From contig CM119371.1 in the NCBI GenBank assembly GCA_051294905.1, forward strand, positions 13,270,001-13,334,000: a stretch of 64,000 nt of DNA. Reading direction: 5' to 3'. The position numbers and the translations under genes were made by a program. A model generated the notes under the pieces. That model did no database searches and was not told where the DNA came from. It saw only the letters and a list, made by a program, of their open reading frames with translations. Each line of letters opens with the position of its first letter. The stretch's first letter is position 1. This DNA is from Botryllus schlosseri. Taxonomy: Eukaryota. Below are positions 1 to 11,400 of the stretch, one piece after another.

Positions 1-1227
1 CTGTGATCGTTATTATCAAACCATGCAGTCGAGTTATTACGGTAAATGGAATCTTAAAACGGTACGAGTACGATCGTACGAAAATATAACTGCGCTACTA
101 GTCTGTCCGACGGAATGCACCGAACCGAAATCAGAATTTACGTCACTGAGAGTTTGGTGTTGTATCAATGTTATTCACGCGTAATGTGCTGTGGTGTGAG
201 TAACTAAATACGCTACGCCCTGGCCTGGCAAGTTCGCAATTAACACATGACAACTCTTGAACATGCGATTTCAAGCAGACAATAATGATGATGACGCGAA
301 ATCGCGCAGCCAATCAAGAGTTGTCTATTGCGATTGCTCGCTTCGCGTTGATTACCTCGCATCGCGGCAATTGTTTGCAGATTAAAATAGCGATTTTGGC
401 GGCATTGTTACATTTCCGCTTTACGTTCGTGAAGTATTTTGGGAGTACATCGGTCAATTCATAAATTCAATTTGCATGTCGATGGCCGCCAACACATACT
501 AATTGACTTACGTGTTGACAACTGCACAAATTTCCTTCTACGGCCGCTGGTTGGCTACCCCTGGGCTAGAACTAATTGCACTTCCGTGCGCATGTCGCGA
601 TCTTATCAATAGAAATTCACCGGCTACCAAATGTCCAATAGTTTAATATTCGATATTGTTGTTCTCAATACGAGTACATCCAGAAATCAAGTTGATCGGA
701 ATAAAGAAGGTTGCCTGTTCAAACGAATCGAATAAAATCAGAATTTGTGCCACCCAGAATCTCGTTATGCATCAATATTTGACAATGGCATGGCATCGCC
801 TACTGCACGTTAATAACGAAAGGAACACTGAGAAATGACTTCGTGCAAATGTATCAAGTCGAAAACAAAAAATATGGATGGTTGCAAACGAGAAAGCGTG
901 TGTTCTAATCAGTATCGCTACGAATGGGTTTTGCGTTTGATATAGTATTGAGAAGTATTAGTCGCGTCAATTGTTTACTCATTATATCGGTGTTTTATTG
1001 CTGCATTTTCTGATTTATCTCACTGGCAAAGCCTTCTTAGAGAAACGAATATGCGCAGAAATTACGAAAATACGATTACGAAGACTATCGCACGAAGCTA
1101 GCTAGCTTAAGAATGGTTTTGTAAACGAATGTGGGCGCACATCATTTAGATTTTAGAAAAGCAGATCGTCTATTTGGGCGGATGGTCGGGAGAGGAGATC
1201 TAGGATGGTGTTCATGTTGACGATTTT

Positions 1228-1955
1228 ACGCGTATGATAAGCTTGCCAATTAGTCCGGAAGTGCTGTCAATTATAGAGTCCCTGATCTCTGGTGAACAAT
1301 TAAATACGCGCTCGTATTACGCAGCCTCAATGACAGTTTTGGCAAATCAAAATGTCCCAACTTGACGGCACTGATTTCAGGTGGTTCAGACCTGTGTAGT
1401 TTTTTAGAGCTCAATCCATGATACACATCTTCTGATAGTTACGTTCAAGTATTAGCGGGAATCAATTACGCACGTTAAAGTCTCTTTGCAGCGATTCGAT
1501 GTTATCCAGTTTTGCGATGTGGCTCTTTAATTAATGTAACATAAAACGATCACCAATTAGCGTAAACTCGACCGCATTGTCTCCAAACCAGCGAGAGATA
1601 GAAGCCAAAGCATGCTAGGTCCGAGACGCGATAGGTAAGCCAGCAATGGTATCTTTCGCACCAGGCCTATCGCAGATGCTCAATGCTCATTGCTCATGTA
1701 TATGCCAGCGATGACATCGTGTACGCCAGGCCGAAGCTGCCAATACAGATGCGATTGCGCAGGCAAGCGATGGTTTAGTGTGAGCTGAGCCTATTGCAGA
1801 TCTAGGCTTGTTCGAGACGCGATAAATCGGGCTAGCGACGATTGCCACGCTCACGGGAATGAATGACCTAATTTCGCGACCATTTCAGCGGGAGATCGTC
1901 AAAGAATCTTCTTACTAATTGACAACATGCTTCTCGTAAACCGGCCCCGCGGAAC
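1228..1955. repeat. Dispersed repeat; second copy at ~26255-27060
   Basis: Shared cgcgtatgataagcttg...gtccggaagtgctgtcaatt...gcgggagatcg...ggcc(c/g)cgcggaac. Confidence 0.75.
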
Positions 1956-2784
1956 AATGATAATACAATTATTGAATTGCAACTGGATATTAGAGTTAGA
2001 ATGGTCGTTTCAAAATGACTTGGTTTCGCGTTTTAAAAGGTTTCGTTCCCCGAAAGCCCCCTGGCTCCGTGTATCGAACTCGACGACGTCTCTAACGAGG
2101 TCGCGTCGATTCGCTTGATTATTAATTATTGGTCACTAATCATTTGGACGTTCGGGCATTGTGTACGAGGTGGCCGCCATCTCGTAAATGTGGTTACGAG
2201 GTGGCGCAGCCATAGCCGCAGCCGCGTAAGTCGGCGCCTATGCACGGAGTCACCCTAAATGGAAAGTTGGTATATATAGAGCTTTCGGATCGTGTCGATA
2301 GTTCTATCAATAACTGAATTCTAGTACGATTCAACAAAACGATTCTTGTACTCAGTGTTTCCGTTGTAGTGTGTGGAATTGTCTGTAGCAAGTTGGAATT
2401 TCACACTTAATGACCATACATTGAGTTCATATACATACCACCAGTACCGCTACCTGTATATTCACGACACGGTAGCAATTCCGCATATAATATCAAAAAC
2501 GCAGCATTAAATGCAGTTTCCTATTTTACATTTTAGTTGCATATATTTCTCGTAATTGAAAATCCATAGGGTTATTTTTGATATTCGAAGGTTCGCCTGC
2601 CCGCAGCATATGTTTCGGAAGTGTTACCGGTTTGCGAGGTCAAAAAAGTTTCGAACCACTGCTCCACTGCGTTGAGTCACCAATAGGCATTGTTAATTGG
2701 AGATAGTACTGAGCATTTGCCATGGAAAGTATTGACAGATAATGTATTGCGTATGTTGAGCGGGTGCATAAATCTGCATTCAGT

Positions 2785-2958
2785 GACAGCCAGACTGTTC
2801 AGAGTCAAGTGTACCTGTTTGATGCTGGTGTGATCAGACTAGATGACCTTCACGGTCTTATCGATCATTCCTATCTTATACCGAATACTGTGCATGCATA
2901 TTCTCTGTACCACCAACACTGCCGTTTGTTATGTATTTTGATTGGATGAAAATAAAGA

Positions 2959-2991
<33 letters not shown>
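2785..2991 (+). mobile_element. Retroelement (LINE/SINE) 3' end with (TC)n tail; inverted copy at ~40980-41170
   Basis: acagccagactgttc(a/t)gagtcaagtgtacctgtttgatgctggtgtgatcagactagatgacc...aataaaga + (TC)n present twice. Confidence 0.65.
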
Positions 2992-2994
<3 letters not shown>

Positions 2995-3772
2995 GAACAA
3001 CGATGACCGTTTCATTTAAAACACGCTCATTACCATTAGTAATGCCGAATGAGAATTCATTTTGGCCTGCAAGACTTGCTTCCCTTTCAGCTTTCATAAT
3101 GTAGTTGTTCTCATGACTTTGATCTCCTGCTACTACGTTAACAGAGCCGTTTATAATATTTGGTTGACAATTTTACCTGCAGATCCTGAGAAATTCGGGA
3201 ATATTGTAATGTATGCGATGTTTCGATGCATATTCCTATAATAGTACTACATCTTGATAGGATTATCGAAACTTCTCATTATCTCGTTTACCTGTAGTTG
3301 ATCACCTAACAAAATATATCATAATAAAAATAATATACCAGTTTGTATATGGATAATTGTGATGGAATGAATAGCAACTCCAATATTTTAGGATCTACTT
3401 ACATCTTTCCGGGAATGATAAGGATGTTGGTACTCCATCAACACCAGAATTCCCATCTTTACCGCCTTTCGCCATGATAACGATCTTGTGATATAATATA
3501 GGTATCGTATCAAACAATACTGAAAAGGCAGGGAAAGCGATTACGCCATATAATAATTCTTCTATCTGAATAACACGTCGAGGTCAGGCATCCGAATTGA
3601 GTCTTTGGATTTAGCAGCTGTTGGCACGCAATTATTGCAAGTCTCACCGTGCATGTGGAACTGGATTTCTAATGAAAACAATGTTTATCAATTATGCATG
3701 GCCAAACAGCTCCGACACACAAGTCCGGTTACTTTTATCGCACCTTGAGGCTGAGGCGTCAAGTGTGCCAAA

Positions 3773-4293
3773 CTGGGATGGTGAACGTGAGGTTCTGTGA
3801 GTGGACCTCTGAAATTTGGAGGTTCGCGCTCACAAACGAACCATGGTAGGTTCTGTGCTGTGAACCTTTTTCATGTATTACAATTGTTCACATCATTATA
3901 ACCTCTTTGGTCGAAATTATTTTCATTGCAACTTCGGATCACTATCCACATGGCGCTGGTAGCATGAGAAATTCAGCACTAAACGAGCATGCGCCTTGCC
4001 GATTTCAAAAATTAAGTTTTACCCTCAGCTATATTAGTTTTGCCCACAATCACACAATAGAAAGAACTATAAACGCGCTATATGTAGGAAGTCAGCGAAT
4101 TGTGCTTAGTCAACCTATCAAGTATTTACATCAACGAAATTGATGTAAAGAGTGCATTGATGTTTAATGTAAAAAATCAATCAGGCGTACGGGATCTAGC
4201 TTGACCGAATTCGCAATGTGACGTCACGTGACGTCAATCGTTCTCGCTCGCGTTTACAAGAACCAGAACCTTTCAGGGGTTCGCACCATCCCA
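3773..4293. mobile_element. MITE family (gggatggtgaacgtgaggttc TIR); related copies at ~49040-50125 and ~55850-56835 (inverted)
   Basis: TIRs and long shared internal sequence in three places. Confidence 0.7.
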
Positions 4294-4318
4294 GTGCAAA
4301 ATATACAGTAACATATAG

Positions 4319-5213
4319 TAGCGTTGGGACCCCGGGAAATCCCGATCCCGGGATCCCGGGATTTGAAGCAATCCTGATCCCGGGATTGGTCCCGATGAAA
4401 TCCCGGGATTTGTGAACAGCATCTACCAAGGCTTATGTAGCGCCATATCTCTTATTTTGGTAATAAAGCAGTGTCACAAACTCGGCTGTTTGTCTAGAAC
4501 AGTGGCCTCAAACACGCGGCCCGCCAGAACTGTTTTTGCGGCCCACGTCGGCGTTTTGACTTTTCAAGCATTCGACAATATTAAACTCGAAAATTTCAGA
4601 TTTCGGATTTGAGAACTAGAAATTTCATTCTGAAACCACTCCAAAAACCTGAATCGCTATCACACATCAAACGTCCACTAGCTGCTAAATTATAATGCGA
4701 CAGCTTTTATGATGACACGATGCATTTGTCGTCTCGCATGGTTTCTAACTGTCTATATAACTCTATATGTCGCCAAATTATACCATGCACAACAATATTT
4801 TTTTAAATATTGAAAAATATGACATTTTTGTGGCAACCGTGAATATTACAATAGTGTATTACATTTTCACAATGTGCATGGAATGCCAGCTGCAAGGTCC
4901 GACAAAAAAGACGTACTGGGAAATAGGCTACATATTATACCCCTATTTGATGCTGCTGCCCGCCGCGTCATCATAAACTACGAAATTGGCCCGCGAGCAA
5001 ATTGGAGTTTGGGACCCCTGATCTAAACGATGATACTCTTGATGCTCTTATGTTTGGCGTCAATTCAATATCACAAGGACTAAATGTTATTTGTGTTACT
5101 TGTATGTGTATTTTACTACTTTTCTAATCCCGGGGAATCCCGGGATTGAGGAGCGAAAATCCCGGGAAATCCCGATCCCGGGATTTCAAATTTGATCCCG
5201 AAGTCCCAACCCT
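4319..5213. mobile_element. hAT-type MITE (atcccggg-rich ends) with a nested MITE at 4500-5020
   Basis: TIR tagcgttgggac/gtcccaacccta, TSD taacatag. Confidence 0.7.
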
Positions 5214-5219
5214 ATAACA

Positions 5220-5778
5220 TAGGGCTGCCATGTTTTGGAAATCTGAAAAGAGGATACTTTTTTTTTAAATTCTCAGACTCGCAATACCGGAGGAAAGTCC
5301 TGAAAAATGGTAAATTTTTCCCACTTCGTGGTCGGTTGATCAAAAGAAGAAAAGGTCAGCTTCCCGGGTCAGCTCTCGAAATAGACGCCAGAGCGTTACT
5401 TCATTGCTGCTTTACTGTATCGCAGTCGAATTTTGACCAGAATTCCCAAAAATAAAACAATATCTCAAAAAAGAGGACAAAATCTCAAAAAGAGGACATT
5501 TGGACGTCCTCCGAGGACACTTTCAAAAAAGTCAAGAAAGAGGACAAATCCTCTTAAAAGAGGACGTATGGTAGCCAATGTTCCCTATAAGCTGCACGGG
5601 TGCGCAATTGCGCAGTGCTGACACAGTCTGTGCGCACAGAAAATCTAAGCTGCGCCCAAAAAAGCCGAAGTGATGATTTTTTTAGTCGTTACGCACTGCT
5701 GTCCAAGGGACTGCGCAGTGAGTTGATGAGTGCGCGCAGACTCGTGAAGAATTAGAGGGAACATTGATGGTACCCCTA
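5220..5778. mobile_element. MITE (aaaagaggaca family; relatives at 18758-19149 and ~23510-23890) with nested element 5576-5766
   Basis: TIRs agggctgcca / tggtacccct; inner TIR caatgttccct / agggaacattg. Confidence 0.6.
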
Positions 5779-6346
5779 CAATAACATCATGTCTAAACAT
5801 ACATTATGACGACACCGATATCCCCTGTCTGAAATGTGTGTCACAAAAAAGTTTAAATTTCGTAACATATCCAAAATCTGGCTATAGCTAGACTTCTTCG
5901 GGAATCTTATAGCTTGTTACACATAAAAGAATCCGAGTTATCCGTAATTGTATATTGCTACAGAGCCGTTGTTTCCTAGTGGTTTGCGATCCAGCACCTA
6001 TGTTTTGGGTAATGGCTTAATATTGTCTGCAGTATGACGCGTTCAAAAGCCTATGCATGAGCCCCTTTCAGCGATACTGAAATCGAAGCTTCATTTGTAA
6101 TAATGTGTTGAAGGGTAGTTATCTTACAAACGAGCGTCAATGCAATGTGGATTTCATCGATACAAGTGTCATCATATTTTAGTCGGCTGATGAATTATCG
6201 ATCTTGAAGCAATAGGCTATCTAATGAATATGCCGATGGAAACATAATTGAGACTTAATTAACTTACAGCAAGAGTCACCAACGCGGTGCCCGCGGGCGG
6301 CAGGTCGCCCGTCCGGACCAGATAAGTCGCCCGCGGTCGCAGTAAA

Positions 6347-6823
6347 AAATATTCAAATGAGAGCTTTGAAGGTCGAAGTGGAGAAGGGTTCCATATGAAC
6401 AGCAGTTCAACATGAGTCAATCGACCCTACCTTCGGAACATTAGTTTTCGATCGCGTTGTTGCTTGTCTTCGCCATCGCGGAGGTTTAACTCAAATCTAT
6501 CAAGTTAATATTCCCGAGTGTCGACGTTAGTGCTTCGACGTGCAGTGCGGAAACGCAACTGGAATCAGAGACGCTGGCTCGAGTCCCAGAGAGAGAGAGA
6601 GAGAGAGAGGGGGGGAAAGAGAGGAAGAGAGAGAGACGGAGAGGGAGAGGGAGAGAGAGGGAGAGGGAGAGGGAGGAGAGGGAGAGGGAGAGGGAGAGGG
6701 AGAGGGAGAGGGATAGAGATAGAGAGAGACTTATCTGTTCCCCGAGAGGGGCGCGAACGCTGTCCAGTGCTCTGAATGAAGTGCAGAAATCAAACCTAGC
6801 ACGGATAAACGGCGGAAGTAACT
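6347..6823 (+). pseudogene. Degenerate, internally deleted 28S (LSU) rRNA fragment
   Basis: tattcaaatgagagctttgaaggtcgaagtggagaagggttccatatgaacagcagtt and ccagtgctctgaatg...aaacggcggaagtaact resemble conserved 28S core segments (recognised from memory); interrupted by a GA-rich tract. Confidence 0.75.
6588..6729. repeat. (GA)n/(GAGAGG)n purine-rich microsatellite
   Basis: Directly visible. Confidence 0.95.
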
Positions 6824-8374
6824 GGTAGCCCCTCGCGTTAATCAGTACTCATGAAGTAGCCTAGCTCTTGGTTACAAAAGGTTGGTGACCCCTGATTTAC
6901 ACGTATCGTGAACTTACATATATTGTAGATCACATAGAAGTAGGCCTACCCAAATAGTTTTTACCAATTTATCTGGCATGCACGGCAAATAGGTTGATAA
7001 CGCATTAATTACGTGACATCTAAGCTGCAACACGACACTTCATCCTACTATCGTTTAGCATATATAGACTGTTGGATTAGGAACTATATAGGCTACTACG
7101 TGATGAGCAGTAAAGTTGCAATAACAAGATTCTATTGAATAAAAAGCTCCTGCAAAACCCTACAGTTCTATGTTACCTTGCAGTTATGAAATTATAATAC
7201 ATGCGAATTGCGTTCACGTAGCTTTAATTTGTTTACGAACCGTTCTTTGCCATCATCACTAAATTCATAAGAACAGTACAGGTTATCCAATCTAACAGAA
7301 AGTCGACCAGTACTAGACTGTATGTGTATATTCACAACATCTATTGCCACCCACAAGTTCCATTGGACGGAGATATGAAGATTGCGTTACATCGCTGCCC
7401 ACGGTTTCCTATATGCGACATTTGAGTTTACAGGTCGTCATTTTAAATCAGTATGGCACATAACGTAGCTTGCATTTAGTCTATTTCCGTAGTGGATGAA
7501 TAGAGACTGGTCGTTTTGCGTGGCAGCCTATAACGGCTGTAATACTCTGCAATCTGCATGTACTGCGTACATACGACGGGCCATAGCAGCGTGACCGCAC
7601 CGATATGTTTATTCTAAAAATTAAAAAAAATCCCTGACTTCGTTAATGACGACACTTTTTAGTTCACAAATAGACAGTGCAACGAGATGAGATAATACAT
7701 GGATGATATTGTTATTTAGCTACCAGTTTATTCTAATCAGAATCATCCTTTCCATGACTTTACACAACTTGCCGGTGAGAGAAATTGGTCGGCTGGAGGG
7801 TTCTAGTTAAGACCTGACCATCCATTTTATATCGATACTATTTTCAAATCCGAGATTATTGCACCATAATTCGTCACTTGTTTCTTTTATTGTGTCGGTA
7901 TCTCTTGATAAGAAACACCAGAAAAGTCCCTAATATTATTATACGTTGATTATGAACATACTTCCTAAAGCTGTGTTAACGTCATTTACCTACAAAAAGC
8001 GCAGATTTCACAAATAACGCAGAAAACAATAACCAATCAAAATCATGACCGCCCCGGTAGTACTCAATTACTTTCTGGTAGGCACATCTGTCTTCAGTTA
8101 TGAATGCTGAACGTGTTATTCAATGCGATGGCAATCTCATTATGCGTTTCACCTAATGTATACCAATGAAGCAGATTTCCTGCATGGTAGCCGGTTATAT
8201 TGTCAGGAAGCCTGTATACGCGTGTAAACATAGCCCACCTCACCAGGTTGGATCGCAGGCTTCGGTACATATCACATTCATGTTTCGGTTGCGCATATGT
8301 CACCTCTCAAATGTCCTGTAGGGGATAGGCATACATAAAGGCACTGCATGATGGCTATATTTTTCTGATAATAT

Positions 8375-8380
8375 TTTATT
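8375..8380 (-). terminator. Gene A polyadenylation signal AATAAA
   Basis: ~100 nt after the stop; same spacing in gene B. Confidence 0.65.
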
Positions 8381-8480
8381 TTCAGGCAAATGCGGCAGTT
8401 TCAGCAAATCCAAAAGGGGAATATGAATACTTCAGCCTTCCACCATTCATGCATCTTCTTTTCCATCTCTTTTCAGTATT

Positions 8481-8488
8481 TCAGTAAC
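8481..8488 (-). CDS. Gene A terminal coding micro-exon (R-Y-stop)
   Basis: tttattacag|GT TAC TGA; acceptor and TGA position are conserved in paralogue B (57520-57527). Confidence 0.7.
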
Positions 8489-11400
8489 CTGTAATAAAAT
8501 ATGATAGTTAGATGCTTTGCGTGAATCACTTAGTCCAAGTTCTTGATGCGTTATTTTCCGGACACGATAAGCTACACTTCTTATATTACTGCGCCATATG
8601 CATTAATCTATCAAAATGATATACCTTCAATTGTTGCACCTTACGGGAGATTACTGATTTAATGTACCGGCATATTTCAAGCATTTAATAAACCACTTAT
8701 AAGTGGTGTTACATTTGTTGCGATGCTACATCAAAGGCGTGCGGGCGTTGTTGTTACTTGAGTCTGGTACCATGGCACACAGCTTTCATCACCAGATGCT
8801 CTTGTGAATTTCTATCATAATGAGTGATACACATCTATGCAAATGCTACTTTCTACTTGGTATATTTCTAAATGTAAATAGCTTGATCTACGACAGTGGT
8901 TCCCAACCTTTTTCATCTCGTGCCTCCCTTGGCCGAAATTTTAGCCAAAATTCCCCCCTTAGGATAAATCTGCCCAATGATTAAAAATGGTCATTTTTAC
9001 CGCGCAAACACCTGTTGACTGAAAGAATAAAAGACGGGCGGTACCGAGTGTTTGTTTCTAGCAGTGCTGTAATAACACGTTGTAGACCGCCAAAAACCAT
9101 GTTCTTGGTCCCAATCACACAAATTCTGGAAGGCTTGACTCAACAGACCCACACGCTTCCATTTGTGTTTTCGGCTTACCATGCACCAATCGCTAATATA
9201 ACTGCTGTGAAAAATCAGTATCCATAAATTTACTGGTCTCGCGATTTTTTTCTCAAGTTTGCGTATGCATTTGGCCAACAATAGTGGTACTTTCATTTCA
9301 TATATAGCAGAGTTGACCAGATTCTAGTTTGACTCGAGTCACCATTTTCTGATAACTCGACTTGACTCGAGTCATTTTCTCAAAATACGGAAACGCGACT
9401 CGACTCGATACAATCTGGGTATTGACTCGACTTGGACTCGAGTCATTGTTCATGACTCGAACCAAGCCGTAGGATTCAAGACTATAAAACGGCCAAGACC
9501 GGCATTTCATTGTAATTTCCAAGAACAGTAAAGAACAACGCGACAAGAAACTGCTGAAAGTGAGGAAAATTAGTATGTCATAAATCCAAATCATTCAATA
9601 TCACCAAACAGTGTTGACCTGAGTGTGACTTGGACTCGTACTCGAGTCATAATACCATGACTCGGACTCGACTGTCTGCTCGGTGACTTGGACTCGGACT
9701 TGACTCAATGGTGAATTGAAAATGACTCGACTTGACTCGAGTCAAAACTATGAAAGTGATATATTGACTTGTGGCTCGGAGCCTCGTGACTCGGTTACAG
9801 CTCTGATATATAACATACACGTGATCATATTCCCTGCTGGAGCTCTTTGCAATTTAGAACACCCATTACGTTTCGGCAACATTGCACCAAGTTTACCATG
9901 TCTATTTTCGATCGGGTTCACTAAAAATAAAGCAAGGCTAGCGATCTCTTTGACTTGAATCGATGACGTTGGAATATTTAGTCACTGTCTGAAAATGTTG
10001 ACTTGAAAATATAAGATAAATACTTTCACAAGAGGCTTTGTTGTGACAGATTCGGCACGACATTTACTCGCTTAGGAAATATTTGATTGAGAGGCCGTCG
10101 CTGGCCTACAAAATTGTCTTGCGAACTGCAGCACATCTGAACGAGTTAAAAATGGGGTGGGGGGATTTGTATGTGAAAAAAAAATTTCAAATAGCATTTG
10201 AACATACTTTCAGCAAACAAAGAAACAGCCATAATAAGGAGCATACGTTGGAATATAACTGGTTGACTACATGACAGTTCGAACACGAACAATTTGGGAA
10301 ATCCGTTACAATTCTATAGTCGAATTCTAAAGTCGAATTCCTCCCTAAAAATTGAAAAATTCCCCCCAAGGGGGGAATTCCTCCCCGGTTGGGAACCACT
10401 GATCTAAGATAAACTACTAAAGTGGAAGAAGGAATACTCGCTAATGCAACCGTTAGGGTAGACACTACTGTAAGATTACAAAGACATTGCAATGAATCGC
10501 ATACAGCACTAGGTATCGTATTACGCTAAGGAAGATCAAGTCTCAAACGATGTGTCCATAACCTTGTCATACTCGCTAAAGGTAGGCTTTATCACGTTTG
10601 CATTTCCGCTACCAACTTAGTCATGTCATACTTACGGACACATTTAGGTAGTTCAGCCATCCATTTGCCGCTACGGCCGCAAGACACTTGCTGATATGCT
10701 TTGTTAAGTCTGTATCCGCGGCTGCAGTAAAACATGATCTTTTCCCCGTACGAGTAGGAGTATTTATTCAGGGGGTAGTAGTAGGCGTACGAATACGGAC
10801 GAGGAATCATGCAGTTTTCTGGAATTCCAAGTACACGGTATTAATATCAGAGCATTGGATTTCTGCCGCATAAAACAATGATTTGAAGTTAGTGGATATC
10901 TCGCCACTAGTAAACAAACGATAGAAAATTAACCCCACGATATTCCCAGGTTATGATTATGGAGATTACAAACCACTCCTATTTCACTACTTTCAACATT
11001 CCTTAGGACTAGAAAGCCCTACATTGAGTACGCGATGTTAGTGAAGTAAACACAGCTGATCTTGCAAGACATAAAAAATTTAGCATGAACATCGCGAGTA
11101 AAAATTATATTCTCATCATGGTTATGTGGAAAGCTGCCCGTCAATACATAATATCTGAACGTAAGCTGTTTGACTAGTTAAGGTTACAACAAAATTGATT
11201 TACTCCCAGATTCATCAATCTCCAGTACATATTGACCCTAATTACCAGTAGATTACTTTGAATAATTCGGACAACTGCCAATAGCGACTTGCTGTTTCAA
11301 TAATATGATTTGTTTTTAGTCGATCGTTGTTATGACCAGGGCTTTGGAGCCGGAGCCGGAGCCCGGAGCCGGAGCGCCGGAGCCAGGCATTTTCACCGGA

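Larger units (their letters stand above)
6270..6894. mobile_element. hAT-type MITE enclosing the 28S relic
   Basis: Imperfect TIRs caagagtcaccaac / gttggtgacccctg; degenerate 8-bp TSD acttacag/atttacac. Confidence 0.55.

Noticed and set aside
6518..6775. RG/RE-rich 85-aa ORF
   Set aside because: Translation of a GA microsatellite inside an rRNA relic.
8390..8870. EGF-like (CMNGG) and kringle-like (SGDESCVPW) words downstream of CCP19
   Set aside because: They fall in the last intron or 3' UTR, contain stops, and are not preserved in the alignable gene B sequence.
9978..9988. Alternative terminal exon for gene A (ttcag|AC AGT GAC TAA, HSD*)
   Set aside because: Lies inside the TSD-bounded insertion 8894-10401, which gene B lacks; the conserved acceptor, stop and polyA are at 8488-8375.
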